From Sedimentisphaeraceae bacterium JB056 (GTDB lineage Bacteria > Planctomycetota > Phycisphaerae > Sedimentisphaerales > Sedimentisphaeraceae), in the NCBI GenBank assembly GCA_044440125.1, contig JBITAJ010000021.1, positions 192,001 through 256,000 of the forward strand: a stretch of DNA of 64,000 nucleotides. Direction: 5' to 3'. Below the pieces are notes generated by a model. It saw nothing but the letters and a program-made list of their open reading frames with translations, was not told where the DNA came from and did no database searches. Made by a program: the position numbers and the translations under genes. Every line of letters starts with the position of its first letter. The stretch's first letter is position 1. Positions 28,540-39,700 of this stretch are shown in pieces.

Positions 28540-29895
28540 TCAAAATTCCTCAAAATTGACTTTGAACAAATTGTCCTGCGAAGTAATTTCCATCAGATGA
28601 TATACGGAAAACTCGTAGACAGCACCACATGAGACATCTGAAGGAGAAAATGGGAAAGCAAGATTACCGGCAGTAGTCTTGCGTCCTTCAAACGGCTGAT
28701 GTAGAGCAGTTGAACGGGCAAGACTGACAATTGTATCAGCCAATTGCTGAGTAGGAGCAACAGCTTCAATAAGAATACCAACCTCACGAGGAAGCGGCTC
28801 AGGCATTGGCTCCATAGAGCCGGTAACAGCGTCAATGCCGTAACGTCTGAAATTAAGCGTATATTCTTCCGGAGAGACTATACCCTCAAGATTTGCTTCA
28901 ACTTTTTCACGAACACCGGTCTCTATTTTATCTATCGCCGCGATAGCAACAGGATCACGCAAACCTGCAATCGTTATAGCTCTATAACCGACAAGTGATG
29001 CCCCTTCAAGTTTGAGCGTTTCTTTTTCCGGCGGCACAAGTCTGGTGCCACAAACTTTGACACCTCTATCACCACAAGAAACAAAGCTTGAAGCATTCAT
29101 ATCAACTTTCCCCTCCGGCTCATAAAAGCAGTTGGGATTAGGCTGTTCATACATAGAATGCGCGGCAACCGTCTCAGGCGTACACTTACGAGAAGGATTT
29201 GTCGGTTCAACAACAAAATTATCTTCTGATAAAGTTACTGTCAATGAATCATTCGCTCCGGCCGGTGATGCGCAGAGAGCACCGCACTCGGCGATTTTCG
29301 CAGCGTGTAGTGCCAGACCGGCATCAAATCCCTTAATAACAGGATAAGCCGTAAATATCGCCGTGTCACAGCATCTGCCGGCAATTACAACATCAGCCCC
29401 TGCTTCAAGAGCCTCAACAATAGGTTCTGTTCCCATTTGAGCCACTAAATGCGAGCTGTTCTCAATTGCCTGTCTGCTCAATTCGCCTGAATTCCCGCAA
29501 GAAGAGATGTAGCCTTCGTCTAAAGCCTGTACAACAACATCCTTTTCAATATCAGCGTAGATAACAGCCATTTTGAAATGCAAATTACAACGAACAGCTA
29601 TTTCCCTTACAATCTCAAGAAAACTGTCCACATGAGGTCTTGCACCAGATCCGCCTGCACTGCCGATTATAAGAGGTATTTTTTTCTCAACCGCAGTAAT
29701 TAACGCAGGCTCAAGATCACGTTTGATCTGCATAGGTTTCACAAAACCTTTTCCGCTACCTAAATAATAAGGTCCGGGATCTGTAGAACCATTATCCGCG
29801 CCGATAAAGTCATAATCATCTAACTTCTTAAGATTATCAGTGGGATAGCCATAGCCCAGCATCCCACATAGTGATAAATATTTTATTTCATTCAA
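28540..29895 (-). CDS. AtuA (DUF1446, acyclic terpene utilization) family protein
   Basis: GMLGYG, DNGSTDPGPYYLG, AQMGTEP, GADVVIAGR..DTA, AKIAECG, TTAGNLAFPFSPSD. Confidence 0.85.
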   Translation of the reverse strand: MNEIKYLSLCGMLGYGYPTDNLKKLDDYDFIGADNGSTDPGPYYLGSGKGFVKPMQIKRDLEPALITAVEKKIPLIIGSAGGSGARPHVDSFLEIVREIAVRCNLHFKMAVIYADIEKDVVVQALDEGYISSCGNSGELSRQAIENSSHLVAQMGTEPIVEALEAGADVVIAGRCCDTAIFTAYPVIKGFDAGLALHAAKIAECGALCASPAGANDSLTVTLSEDNFVVEPTNPSRKCTPETVAAHSMYEQPNPNCFYEPEGKVDMNASSFVSCGDRGVKVCGTRLVPPEKETLKLEGASLVGYRAITIAGLRDPVAIAAIDKIETGVREKVEANLEGIVSPEEYTLNFRRYGIDAVTGSMEPMPEPLPREVGILIEAVAPTQQLADTIVSLARSTALHQPFEGRKTTAGNLAFPFSPSDVSCGAVYEFSVYHLMEITSQDNLFKVNFEEF

Positions 29896-29906
29896 TTCAC
29901 TAATTC

Positions 29907-30548
29907 CTATTTTGCTGCATTAACCTGTGTGTAATCAAAATTTTCTGGGATACCAAGAGATTTTGCGACATCATTCAATTTCTCATGAACATCAGAATCC
30001 AATTCATCAAAATAATTACGACCTGTGGAATCTATATCCACAAAGAACGGGCCGAACTTTTCAACCTCAAATACCCATGTTGCCTCTGTTTTCCCAAGCT
30101 CATCAAGAAAATATACATCATGAATTTTTCTAACCTGCTGAGATATCTGATTACCACATATCCCTATCTTGGTAAGATGAACACCCCCTACTTCAGCAAG
30201 CGCGGCAGCAGTATCAGGCCCCATAGTTGTCTTACCAATCAATGTTCTCAGATTCAGTTTCCTTACAACATCACCACCATATCTCTCGAAACGAATACTT
30301 GACGTAGGTTCTATACTTACAATCTCCCATCCGGCATCAGCCTTTCGCATAACAGGTCCAACATGAAAGAAGCAATTTATCTTTCCGTAATCTATCGGCG
30401 GCAATATATCATTTTCAACAGCCCGTATATGAAAACGGCTTCTACCGGTAAACAACATCCCGCTCACCGTAACGATATCACCTATTTTAAGTTTTCTTGC
30501 ATCTTCCGATGAAAGAGGAAGTTTAAGATCTATGACATTATCAGCCAT
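29907..30548 (-). CDS. Fe-S hydro-lyase beta subunit (L-tartrate dehydratase TtdB / class I fumarase C-terminal family)
   Basis: LKIGD.V.VSG.LFTGR, FFHVGPV, PTSSIR, ELG.TEA.W.FEV..FGP.FV.ID..G. Confidence 0.85.
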   Translation of the reverse strand: MADNVIDLKLPLSSEDARKLKIGDIVTVSGMLFTGRSRFHIRAVENDILPPIDYGKINCFFHVGPVMRKADAGWEIVSIEPTSSIRFERYGGDVVRKLNLRTLIGKTTMGPDTAAALAEVGGVHLTKIGICGNQISQQVRKIHDVYFLDELGKTEATWVFEVEKFGPFFVDIDSTGRNYFDELDSDVHEKLNDVAKSLGIPENFDYTQVNAAK

Positions 30549-31446
30549 TGATTTCTCCTGTATATGAAATTTCGCCCTGTGATGTTATCTTAGCTCTCCA
30601 ACGACGGCCTATTGAACATTGCGCATTAATAGCTACAGGCAACGCCGCGGTATGAGTAACTGCCGTACGAATATGCAGACTCAATACAGCATTTATTCCA
30701 CGTGACCCCATCGGCCCCAAGCCAAGATTACGTATTCCTGAGATAAGTTTCTCTTCCAATTCCGCTATTTCAGGATCAGGATTACGCTTCCCAATAGAGC
30801 TTAATACAGCAGCCTCTTTTGCCATCTGCATACATATATCAGCCGTACCGCCAATACCTATACCAACGATAGCAGGCGGACAAACCTTACCGGCATAACA
30901 ACTGTTATAGATGCTGTCTAATACAAATTTACATATACCTGAAATACCATCTGCCGGATACATCATCCTGTAAAATGTGCCAAAAATTTCCGAACCGCCG
31001 CCTTTAGGCACAGCGATTATCTCAAGACCATCTCCATCATTATCAAACTTGAGATGAACCTTAGGAATTTCATTACCAATATTATTACCGGGATTATCGC
31101 GTGATATAGGATCAACCATAGTAGGACGCAGATAATTTTCTGCCGTAGCTTTTTCGGTAACATTCTGTGCGGCAGTCCATAAAGAACCAAAACCGCCTTC
31201 AATAACAGTCCCGTTACCGGCACGTACAAAAAACAAAGGATATCCGGTATCCCCGCATACCAAACCTTTACCCTCTGCCGCCAAGCGTGCATTTTCTATA
31301 GTAAGCTCCATATGCTTACGAGCTAAAGGATCAGTCTCTTCGTCCATAGCTTTTACGAGGGCCTGCTGAATATCATCAGGCATCAGCGTTGCCGCCTTGC
31401 GGATAGCCTCGTACATAGCTTCTTCAACTATCTGTTTAGTTATCAT
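30541..31446 (-). CDS. Fe-S hydro-lyase alpha subunit (TtdA / class I fumarase N-terminal family)
   Basis: Three cluster cysteines (CGDTG, KVCPP, AQCS); KGGGSE; GIGIGGT; GLGPMG; HTAALPVA. Confidence 0.88.
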   Translation of the reverse strand: MITKQIVEEAMYEAIRKAATLMPDDIQQALVKAMDEETDPLARKHMELTIENARLAAEGKGLVCGDTGYPLFFVRAGNGTVIEGGFGSLWTAAQNVTEKATAENYLRPTMVDPISRDNPGNNIGNEIPKVHLKFDNDGDGLEIIAVPKGGGSEIFGTFYRMMYPADGISGICKFVLDSIYNSCYAGKVCPPAIVGIGIGGTADICMQMAKEAAVLSSIGKRNPDPEIAELEEKLISGIRNLGLGPMGSRGINAVLSLHIRTAVTHTAALPVAINAQCSIGRRWRAKITSQGEISYTGEING

Positions 31447-31476
31447 TGTATATTTATCTTTTGATTAACGTTGTAT

Positions 31477-32289
31477 TTAGTATTCACGCAACAGAGGTAA
31501 AGGTCTGGAAAGACGATTTGCAAGCTCTATCGCATTTCTACCTAATATTCTTTCCTTTGCATCCTCGGAGATATCGGCAAAAGCAATAGGTCCTATTGAT
31601 GTAGCCACATCCAAGTCGAGTGCATCGGAACCATGAATAATCTTCTCAATCGGCATACAATCCACCATATCTTTTATCGGAGAAAAATACCCCTCTACAA
31701 AAGAAGCACATGTACACTGGTAGATATTATCATATTTCTCAACAATCTTTTTGTACATAGTAGCGGCATGGCCAATAATGAAAAATACTTTCGGGAATGT
31801 CTTAGCCCAGAATTCCAGCCTTTCAACACTGCCCCAATCATGTGCAAGCGCCACCCAATTTTTATCAGAGGCATAATCGAATGCCGCCGAAAAATCAACC
31901 TCTATCCCCTCAACACCCTGATACTGATGAAGTATCTTTATTCCTCTTGTATTTGCCTTATAGCCATCGGCCAGTATCGATTCCCAATCCTGCTCAAAAC
32001 CGGCATGTATTGCGGTCAAAGAAGACATCCGTTGCGGGTTAGCCATACACATTTTATTCACACTGTTATTTTTCGGTGCGACATCAGTTGTAACATTTAT
32101 CGAAAAAGTAACAATATGGTCAATGCCAAAGCTATCAAAATACGGCAAGACATATTCACTACTGTTCATCGGTATATAATAATATTCACTGCTTCTGCCC
32201 ATATGAGTATGAAAATCAATAACAGGAATATGATCCATAGGCAAACCTGCCTCAAAACGTCGTGCTATTTCACTATTTCGGTTATTCAT
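31477..32289 (-). CDS. Amidohydrolase-family metal-dependent hydrolase
   Basis: IDFHTH metal motif, GIKI, AHDW, IIGHAA, HGSD, ILG.NA. The start at 32289 overlaps the upstream stop. Confidence 0.8.
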   Translation of the reverse strand: MNNRNSEIARRFEAGLPMDHIPVIDFHTHMGRSSEYYYIPMNSSEYVLPYFDSFGIDHIVTFSINVTTDVAPKNNSVNKMCMANPQRMSSLTAIHAGFEQDWESILADGYKANTRGIKILHQYQGVEGIEVDFSAAFDYASDKNWVALAHDWGSVERLEFWAKTFPKVFFIIGHAATMYKKIVEKYDNIYQCTCASFVEGYFSPIKDMVDCMPIEKIIHGSDALDLDVATSIGPIAFADISEDAKERILGRNAIELANRLSRPLPLLREY

Positions 32290-33055
32290 AATTGGCCTCA
32301 CTCATGATCTTACGTATATTCCCTGATGCTATTGCCCGTTTATCTTCTTCTGATATCGCGGCATACCTTACTAACCCATGGAAAGAACCCGGATTTAACA
32401 ACGGCAGACCTAAGCTGAAGATAAGCCTGTTTGAACCGAACGATTCGCACAATTGTCTTACCATCTGCGACTGCCATATAGACGACAGGACAAGTCTGAG
32501 ATTATCCGCTCCCGCTAAAGCATCAAAAAGAGGCCTGTTAGCCCTTGATCGCCACTCCCATGTAATGACAGGCAAATCAGGAAACATATTACAGAAATCA
32601 ATAACCGAATACCAGTCAATAATATCCTGCCCGCTATCCCAGGCTCGATGAGCAAGAATCAAAGGTATCCGGCGTTCTTCAAGAACCTTTGCGAGCTCTA
32701 AAAAACGGGGACTTCTGTCAACTCGCCAATCACGCATCAAAGGATTAGCCATTATCGCACGTGCATTATTACTCAGTGCACGCTTGACAAAATCAGCAGG
32801 CGATTCCCTGATAATATAGGCAGGATCAAACGCCCATATTGTTTTAACACGCGGGTCTTTGAATTCACTGACAGTTATATTATTAAGCTCTGGATCGTTA
32901 AAACCAAGCGTAGAATAAACCAGCGACTCAGTAATAAGATATTTATCCATTACTGACAGTGCATCAGCAAAATCCCGCGGCGACTCCACCGCAGAGCGAT
33001 TTATCCGCCCTACAGGCAGAAAAGCATCAAAATACTCAAAAGTTTCATTTTTCAT
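32282..33055 (-). CDS. Amidohydrolase-fold protein lacking canonical metal ligands
   Basis: Same size and C-terminal pattern as its neighbour (FG..RLIF...P...ISEEDK.AIA.GN), but FDAFLP replaces DxHxH and FSLG replaces GSD. Confidence 0.6.
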   Translation of the reverse strand: MKNETFEYFDAFLPVGRINRSAVESPRDFADALSVMDKYLITESLVYSTLGFNDPELNNITVSEFKDPRVKTIWAFDPAYIIRESPADFVKRALSNNARAIMANPLMRDWRVDRSPRFLELAKVLEERRIPLILAHRAWDSGQDIIDWYSVIDFCNMFPDLPVITWEWRSRANRPLFDALAGADNLRLVLSSIWQSQMVRQLCESFGSNRLIFSLGLPLLNPGSFHGLVRYAAISEEDKRAIASGNIRKIMSEANYE

Positions 33056-33057
33056 AA

Positions 33058-36000
33058 TCAATTCTGTCCATATTCTGCACGTACTGTTATTTTGTTATTC
33101 GAAGGAGTAAGGCTTATGTATTCTTTATCAGCATTAAAATCTGTATAAGACTTGCCATTTACGGTAACAGATTTCATCTTTTTACCTTCAGGATGACGCA
33201 GCCTTATAACAAGCTTCTTGTATTCATTTCTTGTTGGCGGTGTGATTTCAGCAGATATATAACCATTATCTACATTAGACTCTATTTTATAACTCACTGC
33301 ACCAAATCGGCTCTGAGCATTCTGGATACCAACCGTCATCCCATCCTTCATCCAATGATTAGTAACAAACGGAGCCAGCCACAACTCATCGCCGCGTTCC
33401 ATAAGCATCATCAATCTTGATTGAGTCAAGAACCAACCGGTCTCGTGTGTTTTATTCCATCCGCCGATGTTGTGGAAATGCTCCCAGAAAGCAAGATTCT
33501 CCTCGCTTATCATAGTAGCGGTAGCATTGAAGTATGCACGAATATAAGGCTTAACATCATCATTTTGAGCATAGACTTCGGCAATTCTGCAATAGAAAGG
33601 CTGCACTTTATAAAAACCGCCAAGATCAAACCAATCTTTCTTAACCTCTTCAAGTGAATAATCACCATGCCCTGCCATCAGGAACCATTTATCCTCAAGG
33701 TAATTAGCTATCCAGTTGATCTTTTTACTGTCTTCGATAAGTCCAAGAGCGGCTAAGTGATGAGGACCGAAGCTTACATCCTTACCCCAAGCCCTTCCGG
33801 CATCTTCTCCCGGACACATATCACCTACCGGTCCAAAACTCGTTATCAATGTAGGGCTATACGGTATCCATGTGCCGTTATTGAGTTCTATCACCGGCGA
33901 TTTCACTTGTGACCAATTATATGCACGAAGCGTTTCATTCTTAAAATCAGCGGCTTTTGCCAGAAGCATATCACTTCCCGGATAGCCTATATCATCATAC
34001 GTCTGGGCAATAGCTTTAAGTCCGGCCCAAAACTCGCCCTGAACCCTGACAATAAACGCAAATCTCTCCCAGTCGGCTGCAACTCCCGGAGGCATCAAAC
34101 CGTATTCAGGCAATTTATTACCGTAAACATCATATTTCTTAGTCTTTTCACGCTCACTGACAATCCAGTTACATGCTTTCTGAAGTTTTGGAGCAACAGA
34201 TTTAATCCATTCAGAATTACGGTGAATGAGATAATAATCATCACCAAGTGTCCAGAGATTACTGCCAAGCCCCATGAGCGTATAGCCTGTTGTAAGCAAT
34301 CCATCTTCGTTGTAACGATTGATAAAGAAATCAAGCGAACGTCTTGCAAACTCTTCCTGTCCCTGAAGACTCATGCCGCGTATGATAGACTGAGATTCGC
34401 TCTCAAGAGGTCCGTAAATTTCAGCAGATATCCACGGGGCAATCCTCGAACCATTCTCTTCATTTCTTCCCGCTATCATGCAATGAGCCTGCGAAGCATA
34501 AATCAGGTTCGTAAGGAATTTATTGGGTATATCAATCTGCATTGAAGAATCAATTATACCATTCCAGTATCTCTTTGTAGTAGCAAGCAGTCTATTTGGA
34601 GAGTCAAGATCCAGCAATTCCTGATCTGATGCATTCCAGCCTGCAATATATACAACAAACTTCTGCTGCGTACCGGCAGGCAAGATTCCACTAACAGAAA
34701 GCTTGTTGCCTTTAAGTGTAACATCAAGAGACAGATTACTCATATCTGTAAAACAGCATTGCTTACCGTTTACATCGCTCTTAAATCCACCGCCAAGCTT
34801 CTTAAGAGTCGCCACCTGATCTGCTTTTGCATTATATGTAAGCGTAAGATCGACTGCCGCTTTTTTAGATGCAGTATTTTTGACAGTAAATTCTGATACG
34901 AAAACTGACTCACGCTCAAGCCATCTCAAATTAGATTCACGGCGTTTTGACGAAGGTGCGGCATAGCTTCTCTGTATATATTCAATATCTCCGTCTACAT
35001 AGCTTTGCACCGGAATCGGCATCCACTCACCTTCAAGATAACGTGAAGTCTGCAAGTCTTTACCACTGCCGAAAGTCGGAGTGATAAAGAATGATTTGCC
35101 GGTATACTGATGCCTGTGATCAGCTATAGGTACAAGTATCAGTCCATTTTCTCTAACTATATATTTCGCATTGTCAGCCGGAAGCGAAACCATGGTAGGG
35201 CCATTATTCTGGATCTTTCTATGAGTCTTTTCCATTGCACGGACAAAGCTCTGATCAGGCATTTCCCTCACACGTTCAAGCACAGTCTTTCTGCCTGATA
35301 TTTTTTCCTGTTTGTAATCAGAAAGCGACATAGGCTTGTCAGCAAGTGTTGCAAAGAAGTCAAACTCCGGAATATATACCGCTCCATTTTCAATTATATC
35401 ATCAACAGCAACACTGAAATCACCTTCCGGTGTTCTGAGATTAAGAATCGTCCGGTCGCTTTTCGGAAGTCTTTTATTCATGGAATACTGCACAGCCAAT
35501 TCAATTGGTTCGGACATATTCCAATCCTTTTTAGTCTTATCGTCTTTGGAATCAACAATCAAACCATTGTATATTTCAAGCTCACCGGCACCTTTTCCCT
35601 GAGCAGTCTCAAGTACTAAATCTATCTTACCGAAACGATTTCTGGAAAAAGCCTTCATAGAACTTAACACAATGGGCTCGTCTGATTCGGGGAAAACAAA
35701 ACGCATCTTCACCGCACCGGGTATTATGTGCCATATATTTTCGATTTTCTTCAGGAAAACACTGATATCATCAGAGTTGACAGGTATATACCATTTATTT
35801 CCCTCTACCTCAAATTCACTGGAGAGAGTAAGCCATTCACCCTGCCATATAGAATGCCCTGCCCACCATTGAGCTTTTGTCTGAGAAGGATCAGGAACAA
35901 ACGAATCTTTATCAAATTCAATCATAAACCCACGAAAGTTCCTGTTCTCAAACCACTGAAGCCCTATAGTTTTTTTGCTATTATCAGAAGCAGGCACAAG

Positions 36001-36687
36001 ATACGTCCCATCATTTTCGGGAGCAAGCTGCGTCCCCATGAATATCTGATCTTTAGAAAGCTCCTGAACACGATTTGGATGCTGGCTCATTTTTTCAGAA
36101 TCCCATGTATACACACGAGCAAAAGGAGCTATATCAAATAAATCTCTCTTATACCATTTGTTAAATTTCGTATCAGGCAAAGGGACAAGCTCAACATCAG
36201 CCCAATTCGCCACATCACTATTCTTGCCGTCTCCGGCATCTGTTACAACCAGTTCCAGTTCATAAACATCTTTTAATGATACACTGACAGGAATAGCCCC
36301 ATCCTTTGCAGTAACTTTGCCGCTATCAAAGACGGTCTTTCCATCAGCTATAACCTGAAATACAACCGTACCAACGGTATTGCCACCCTGAACACCGGCT
36401 ACTGCACTGAATTTTTGATAATTACCAAGCAATTCCAGAACAATACTGCTTGGTGCATGAGTACCCAATCCCTTCGTATAAGTTTTACCTGATATAGTTA
36501 TCTGACGCGGAGCTTTGCCGCCGACCGGCACAACCGCTGTATCTATGCCTAATTGCCCCCAGCCCTGCGTTACAGAGATGATAGGCAGTTCTGTTTTCTT
36601 AGACTCTGCACCTGAAACACAGGCCGCAGCAATACAGGTAAAAACACCTACCAATTTCAAAAGATCATTCACAAATTTCATATTCAA
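33058..36687 (-). CDS. Secreted NPCBM-domain protein with putative (alpha/alpha)6 six-hairpin glycosidase domain (paralog 1)
   Basis: Signal peptide; NPCBM (YTKGLGTHAPS...VVFQVIADG..VFDSG...LELVVTDAGDG...DVANWAD); helical C-terminal half with YGPLESESQ, GLMPPGVAADW and FWEHF..GGWNKTHETGWFL. Confidence 0.65.
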   Translation of the reverse strand: MNMKFVNDLLKLVGVFTCIAAACVSGAESKKTELPIISVTQGWGQLGIDTAVVPVGGKAPRQITISGKTYTKGLGTHAPSSIVLELLGNYQKFSAVAGVQGGNTVGTVVFQVIADGKTVFDSGKVTAKDGAIPVSVSLKDVYELELVVTDAGDGKNSDVANWADVELVPLPDTKFNKWYKRDLFDIAPFARVYTWDSEKMSQHPNRVQELSKDQIFMGTQLAPENDGTYLVPASDNSKKTIGLQWFENRNFRGFMIEFDKDSFVPDPSQTKAQWWAGHSIWQGEWLTLSSEFEVEGNKWYIPVNSDDISVFLKKIENIWHIIPGAVKMRFVFPESDEPIVLSSMKAFSRNRFGKIDLVLETAQGKGAGELEIYNGLIVDSKDDKTKKDWNMSEPIELAVQYSMNKRLPKSDRTILNLRTPEGDFSVAVDDIIENGAVYIPEFDFFATLADKPMSLSDYKQEKISGRKTVLERVREMPDQSFVRAMEKTHRKIQNNGPTMVSLPADNAKYIVRENGLILVPIADHRHQYTGKSFFITPTFGSGKDLQTSRYLEGEWMPIPVQSYVDGDIEYIQRSYAAPSSKRRESNLRWLERESVFVSEFTVKNTASKKAAVDLTLTYNAKADQVATLKKLGGGFKSDVNGKQCCFTDMSNLSLDVTLKGNKLSVSGILPAGTQQKFVVYIAGWNASDQELLDLDSPNRLLATTKRYWNGIIDSSMQIDIPNKFLTNLIYASQAHCMIAGRNEENGSRIAPWISAEIYGPLESESQSIIRGMSLQGQEEFARRSLDFFINRYNEDGLLTTGYTLMGLGSNLWTLGDDYYLIHRNSEWIKSVAPKLQKACNWIVSEREKTKKYDVYGNKLPEYGLMPPGVAADWERFAFIVRVQGEFWAGLKAIAQTYDDIGYPGSDMLLAKAADFKNETLRAYNWSQVKSPVIELNNGTWIPYSPTLITSFGPVGDMCPGEDAGRAWGKDVSFGPHHLAALGLIEDSKKINWIANYLEDKWFLMAGHGDYSLEEVKKDWFDLGGFYKVQPFYCRIAEVYAQNDDVKPYIRAYFNATATMISEENLAFWEHFHNIGGWNKTHETGWFLTQSRLMMLMERGDELWLAPFVTNHWMKDGMTVGIQNAQSRFGAVSYKIESNVDNGYISAEITPPTRNEYKKLVIRLRHPEGKKMKSVTVNGKSYTDFNADKEYISLTPSNNKITVRAEYGQN

Positions 36688-36722
36688 ATATTCCCCTGTC
36701 AGTTTACTCTCTTAGATAAAAA

Positions 36723-39700
36723 TCAAAAACTTGCTCTTACGATTATATCACTACCAAATGAATCAATACGGATTATTTCCTTGTCAGTATCAAAGTCTGA
36801 ACAGAACTTACCATTTACAGTAACAAACTTCATCTGCTTCTGCTGAGGATGACGAAGCCTCAATACTATTGATTTTGGTTTTGTTCTTTCAGGTGACGAT
36901 ATCACAGCTTCAACATACCCTTTTTCCACTTCAGACTTTATTTCAAAACTAACTTCACCAAATTTCGTTGGCAAATCATTTACTGCAATCCTCATGCCGT
37001 CCTGCATCCAGTTATCTGTTACAAATGGAGCAATCCACAGTTCATTATCTTTCTCATTAAGCAACATCATTCTTGTCTGCTGCAGGAACCAGCCTGTTTC
37101 ATGCGTTTTATTCCAGCCGCCAGTAGCATGGAAATGTTCCCAGAAAGTCAACAGCTCCATATTAACAATAGGTGCAATGTTATTGAAATAAGACCTTATA
37201 AAAGGCTTAATATCATCATTTAACGCATAAACATCCGTAATTCTCGGATAATACGGCTGACCTCGATAAAAACCGGTGAAATCAAACCAGTCAGCATCAA
37301 TTTTATCAACAGGAAAATCAACAGTTGGAGCCATAAAGTAACGATCTTCAAAACGATTTGCCTTAAAGTAGCCGTCTTTAGCATCAGGCTCAAGAACTCC
37401 AAGTACAACTAAATGCTGTGCTCCCATACTTACATCTTTAGCGGCAACATGACCGCCAATCATATCTTTCATGTTTCCAAACTGAGTAGCAACAGTAGGA
37501 CAATACGGCACATAACTGCCATCACCTATAGGAACCGCGGGACAATATTTCTGAGTATTGCGATAGGAACAAATAATATCATCCCGCAATTCATCCGCTT
37601 TTACAAGATAGGAGTCTGCGTCGGGATCCGCTATTTTTTCGAGAGCATTTGCAGCAGCATTTAAGCCTGCATAAAATTCCGCCTGAGGTCTGAGTCTATA
37701 GAGGAGAGCAGGCCAATCCGCGGCAGTACCAGGAGGCATCAAGCCATATTCAAGTACTCTCTTACCATCAGGTGTAAACATTTTAGTTTTTTCATGCTGT
37801 TTGACTATCCAATCACACGCAGAAGATACTTTTTGCTCATTATTTTTAAGCCATACATCATCACTATAAAGCTCATAATAACGTCCCAAAACTCTCAAAT
37901 GCCAACCTAATCCCATAAGAGTATAACCGGACGTAAGCATGCCGTCATTATTGTATCTGGCAATAAAGAAATCAAGAGCATTTCGGGCAAATTTCTGATG
38001 CCCCATAAGAGACATACCTTCAATAATAGATTGCGACTCACTCTCCATTATACCAAAATGAGCAGCTGAAACCCATGGACCAATATTGGTATGATCACGT
38101 TCGTTTCTCGCTGTTATTGTACAATTTATAATGCTCGCCTTTATAAGATTGGTAAGCTCTGAATTGGGCAGCTCTATATTCGTTCCACAGGCAAGAAATG
38201 AATCCCAGTATCTTTTCGTATCATTTAAAAGCTTCGTTGTATTAAGACCACTAAGTGATTTATAAATGTCTCTCTGAGCTGTCCACGCCGGTATAAAAAC
38301 CGTACAATGTTCACTTACACCTGCCGACATTCTGCCTTTAATAGCTATCTTCCCGTCATCAATGCCTAAAGAAAGAGAGTTCAGGCTTGAAATATCAACA
38401 AAAGCCATAAGCCGCTGATCTTTCATTACGACATATCCTGTCGGCACTTTTCGTATGACAGGTGAGGCATTTGTCCTTATATCTTCGATCAACTTTAACC
38501 GCAATGATGCTTCTTTTGAAGTGCCAGAAGTATTATTGATATTAAATTGCGAAACAAACAGAGGTTTAGTATTGTAAAATCCCGTATCATCATCCGCAAG
38601 AGGCTCTCCAAATGGAGCAACAAAACTTTTCTGCTTATAATCGATCCCATCACATGGCACTGTAATCAATGGTGCAGGATAATACGAACCTTCCAGCGAT
38701 CTTGTTTCTCCCGGGTATTTAGCAGAAGTAAACCAAGGCCAGCCTCTATGAGGATTTTCTGATGGCTCAAGAGAGCCGAAATAAGGTACGATTTCAATAA
38801 TATCCCTGCGGAATTCATCCCTATGACCTCGCTCGCTCTTTCTGTGAGATGCCGGAGCCTCAAGATTCTGAATATATCTGAGAGAGCCGTCACGCCTTAA
38901 AATAAATTTATTATTATCACAAGCAAGAGACAGCATTGCCGGACCACTATCCTGACAGGAAGGATGTATCGCATCCATTACCCTCTCAAATGACTGATCT
39001 GGCATCTGGCGAACTTTCGCAAGGGTGGTCTGCTTTGCCTCGACCTGCTTTTTGTATTCTTTAAGCGTCAACTTATTGTCAGAGGTCGCAATAAAGACTC
39101 CCAAGTCTTTAATATACACGCAACCCTCTTCAAAAATATCCATAATGTCTACGGCAAACGGATAATCAGGCATATTAAATGAGATCACAGAACGCTCTGA
39201 ATTATTAGTGCCGCTATAACAATACCTCACCTTCACAAAAGCAGGCTTCGACGTATCAAGCATCAGTTCGTTTTCACTATTTTCAGATTTTACAAACTGA
39301 GCATTACGACACTCAATCTTCAGTGGAGAGGCAACATCTTCAAATTCTATTCTGAAAGTTTCATTCTGCCATGGAAATTTCGTCAGAGCTTGCAGTTTTG
39401 TAAATATATATGAAGGAATTGCCTGAGAGAAATACCAGCGAACCTTAAATGTCCCATCTTTTCTGACATTGCAGTTCTCCGAAATCAAATATCTCAATCC
39501 CTTAGCTTCTTTTACAAGCTTTCCGGGTAAAGCAGCCCATTGCCCTTCAAATTGAGTGCCGCCAATCCAATACTCAACCCTCACTTGTGCATTGGGTGGT
39601 ATTCTCTCCGGATTTTTGAATTCAATGTAAAGCTGATCCAGATTTCTCCTGCTATACCATTGAAGGCCAATTAGTCCCTGCCCGGTAGTGGGCATGGTAG

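Noticed and set aside
31633..32307. 224-aa + strand ORF
   Set aside because: Antisense to a motif-bearing amidohydrolase; composition typical of a shadow frame.
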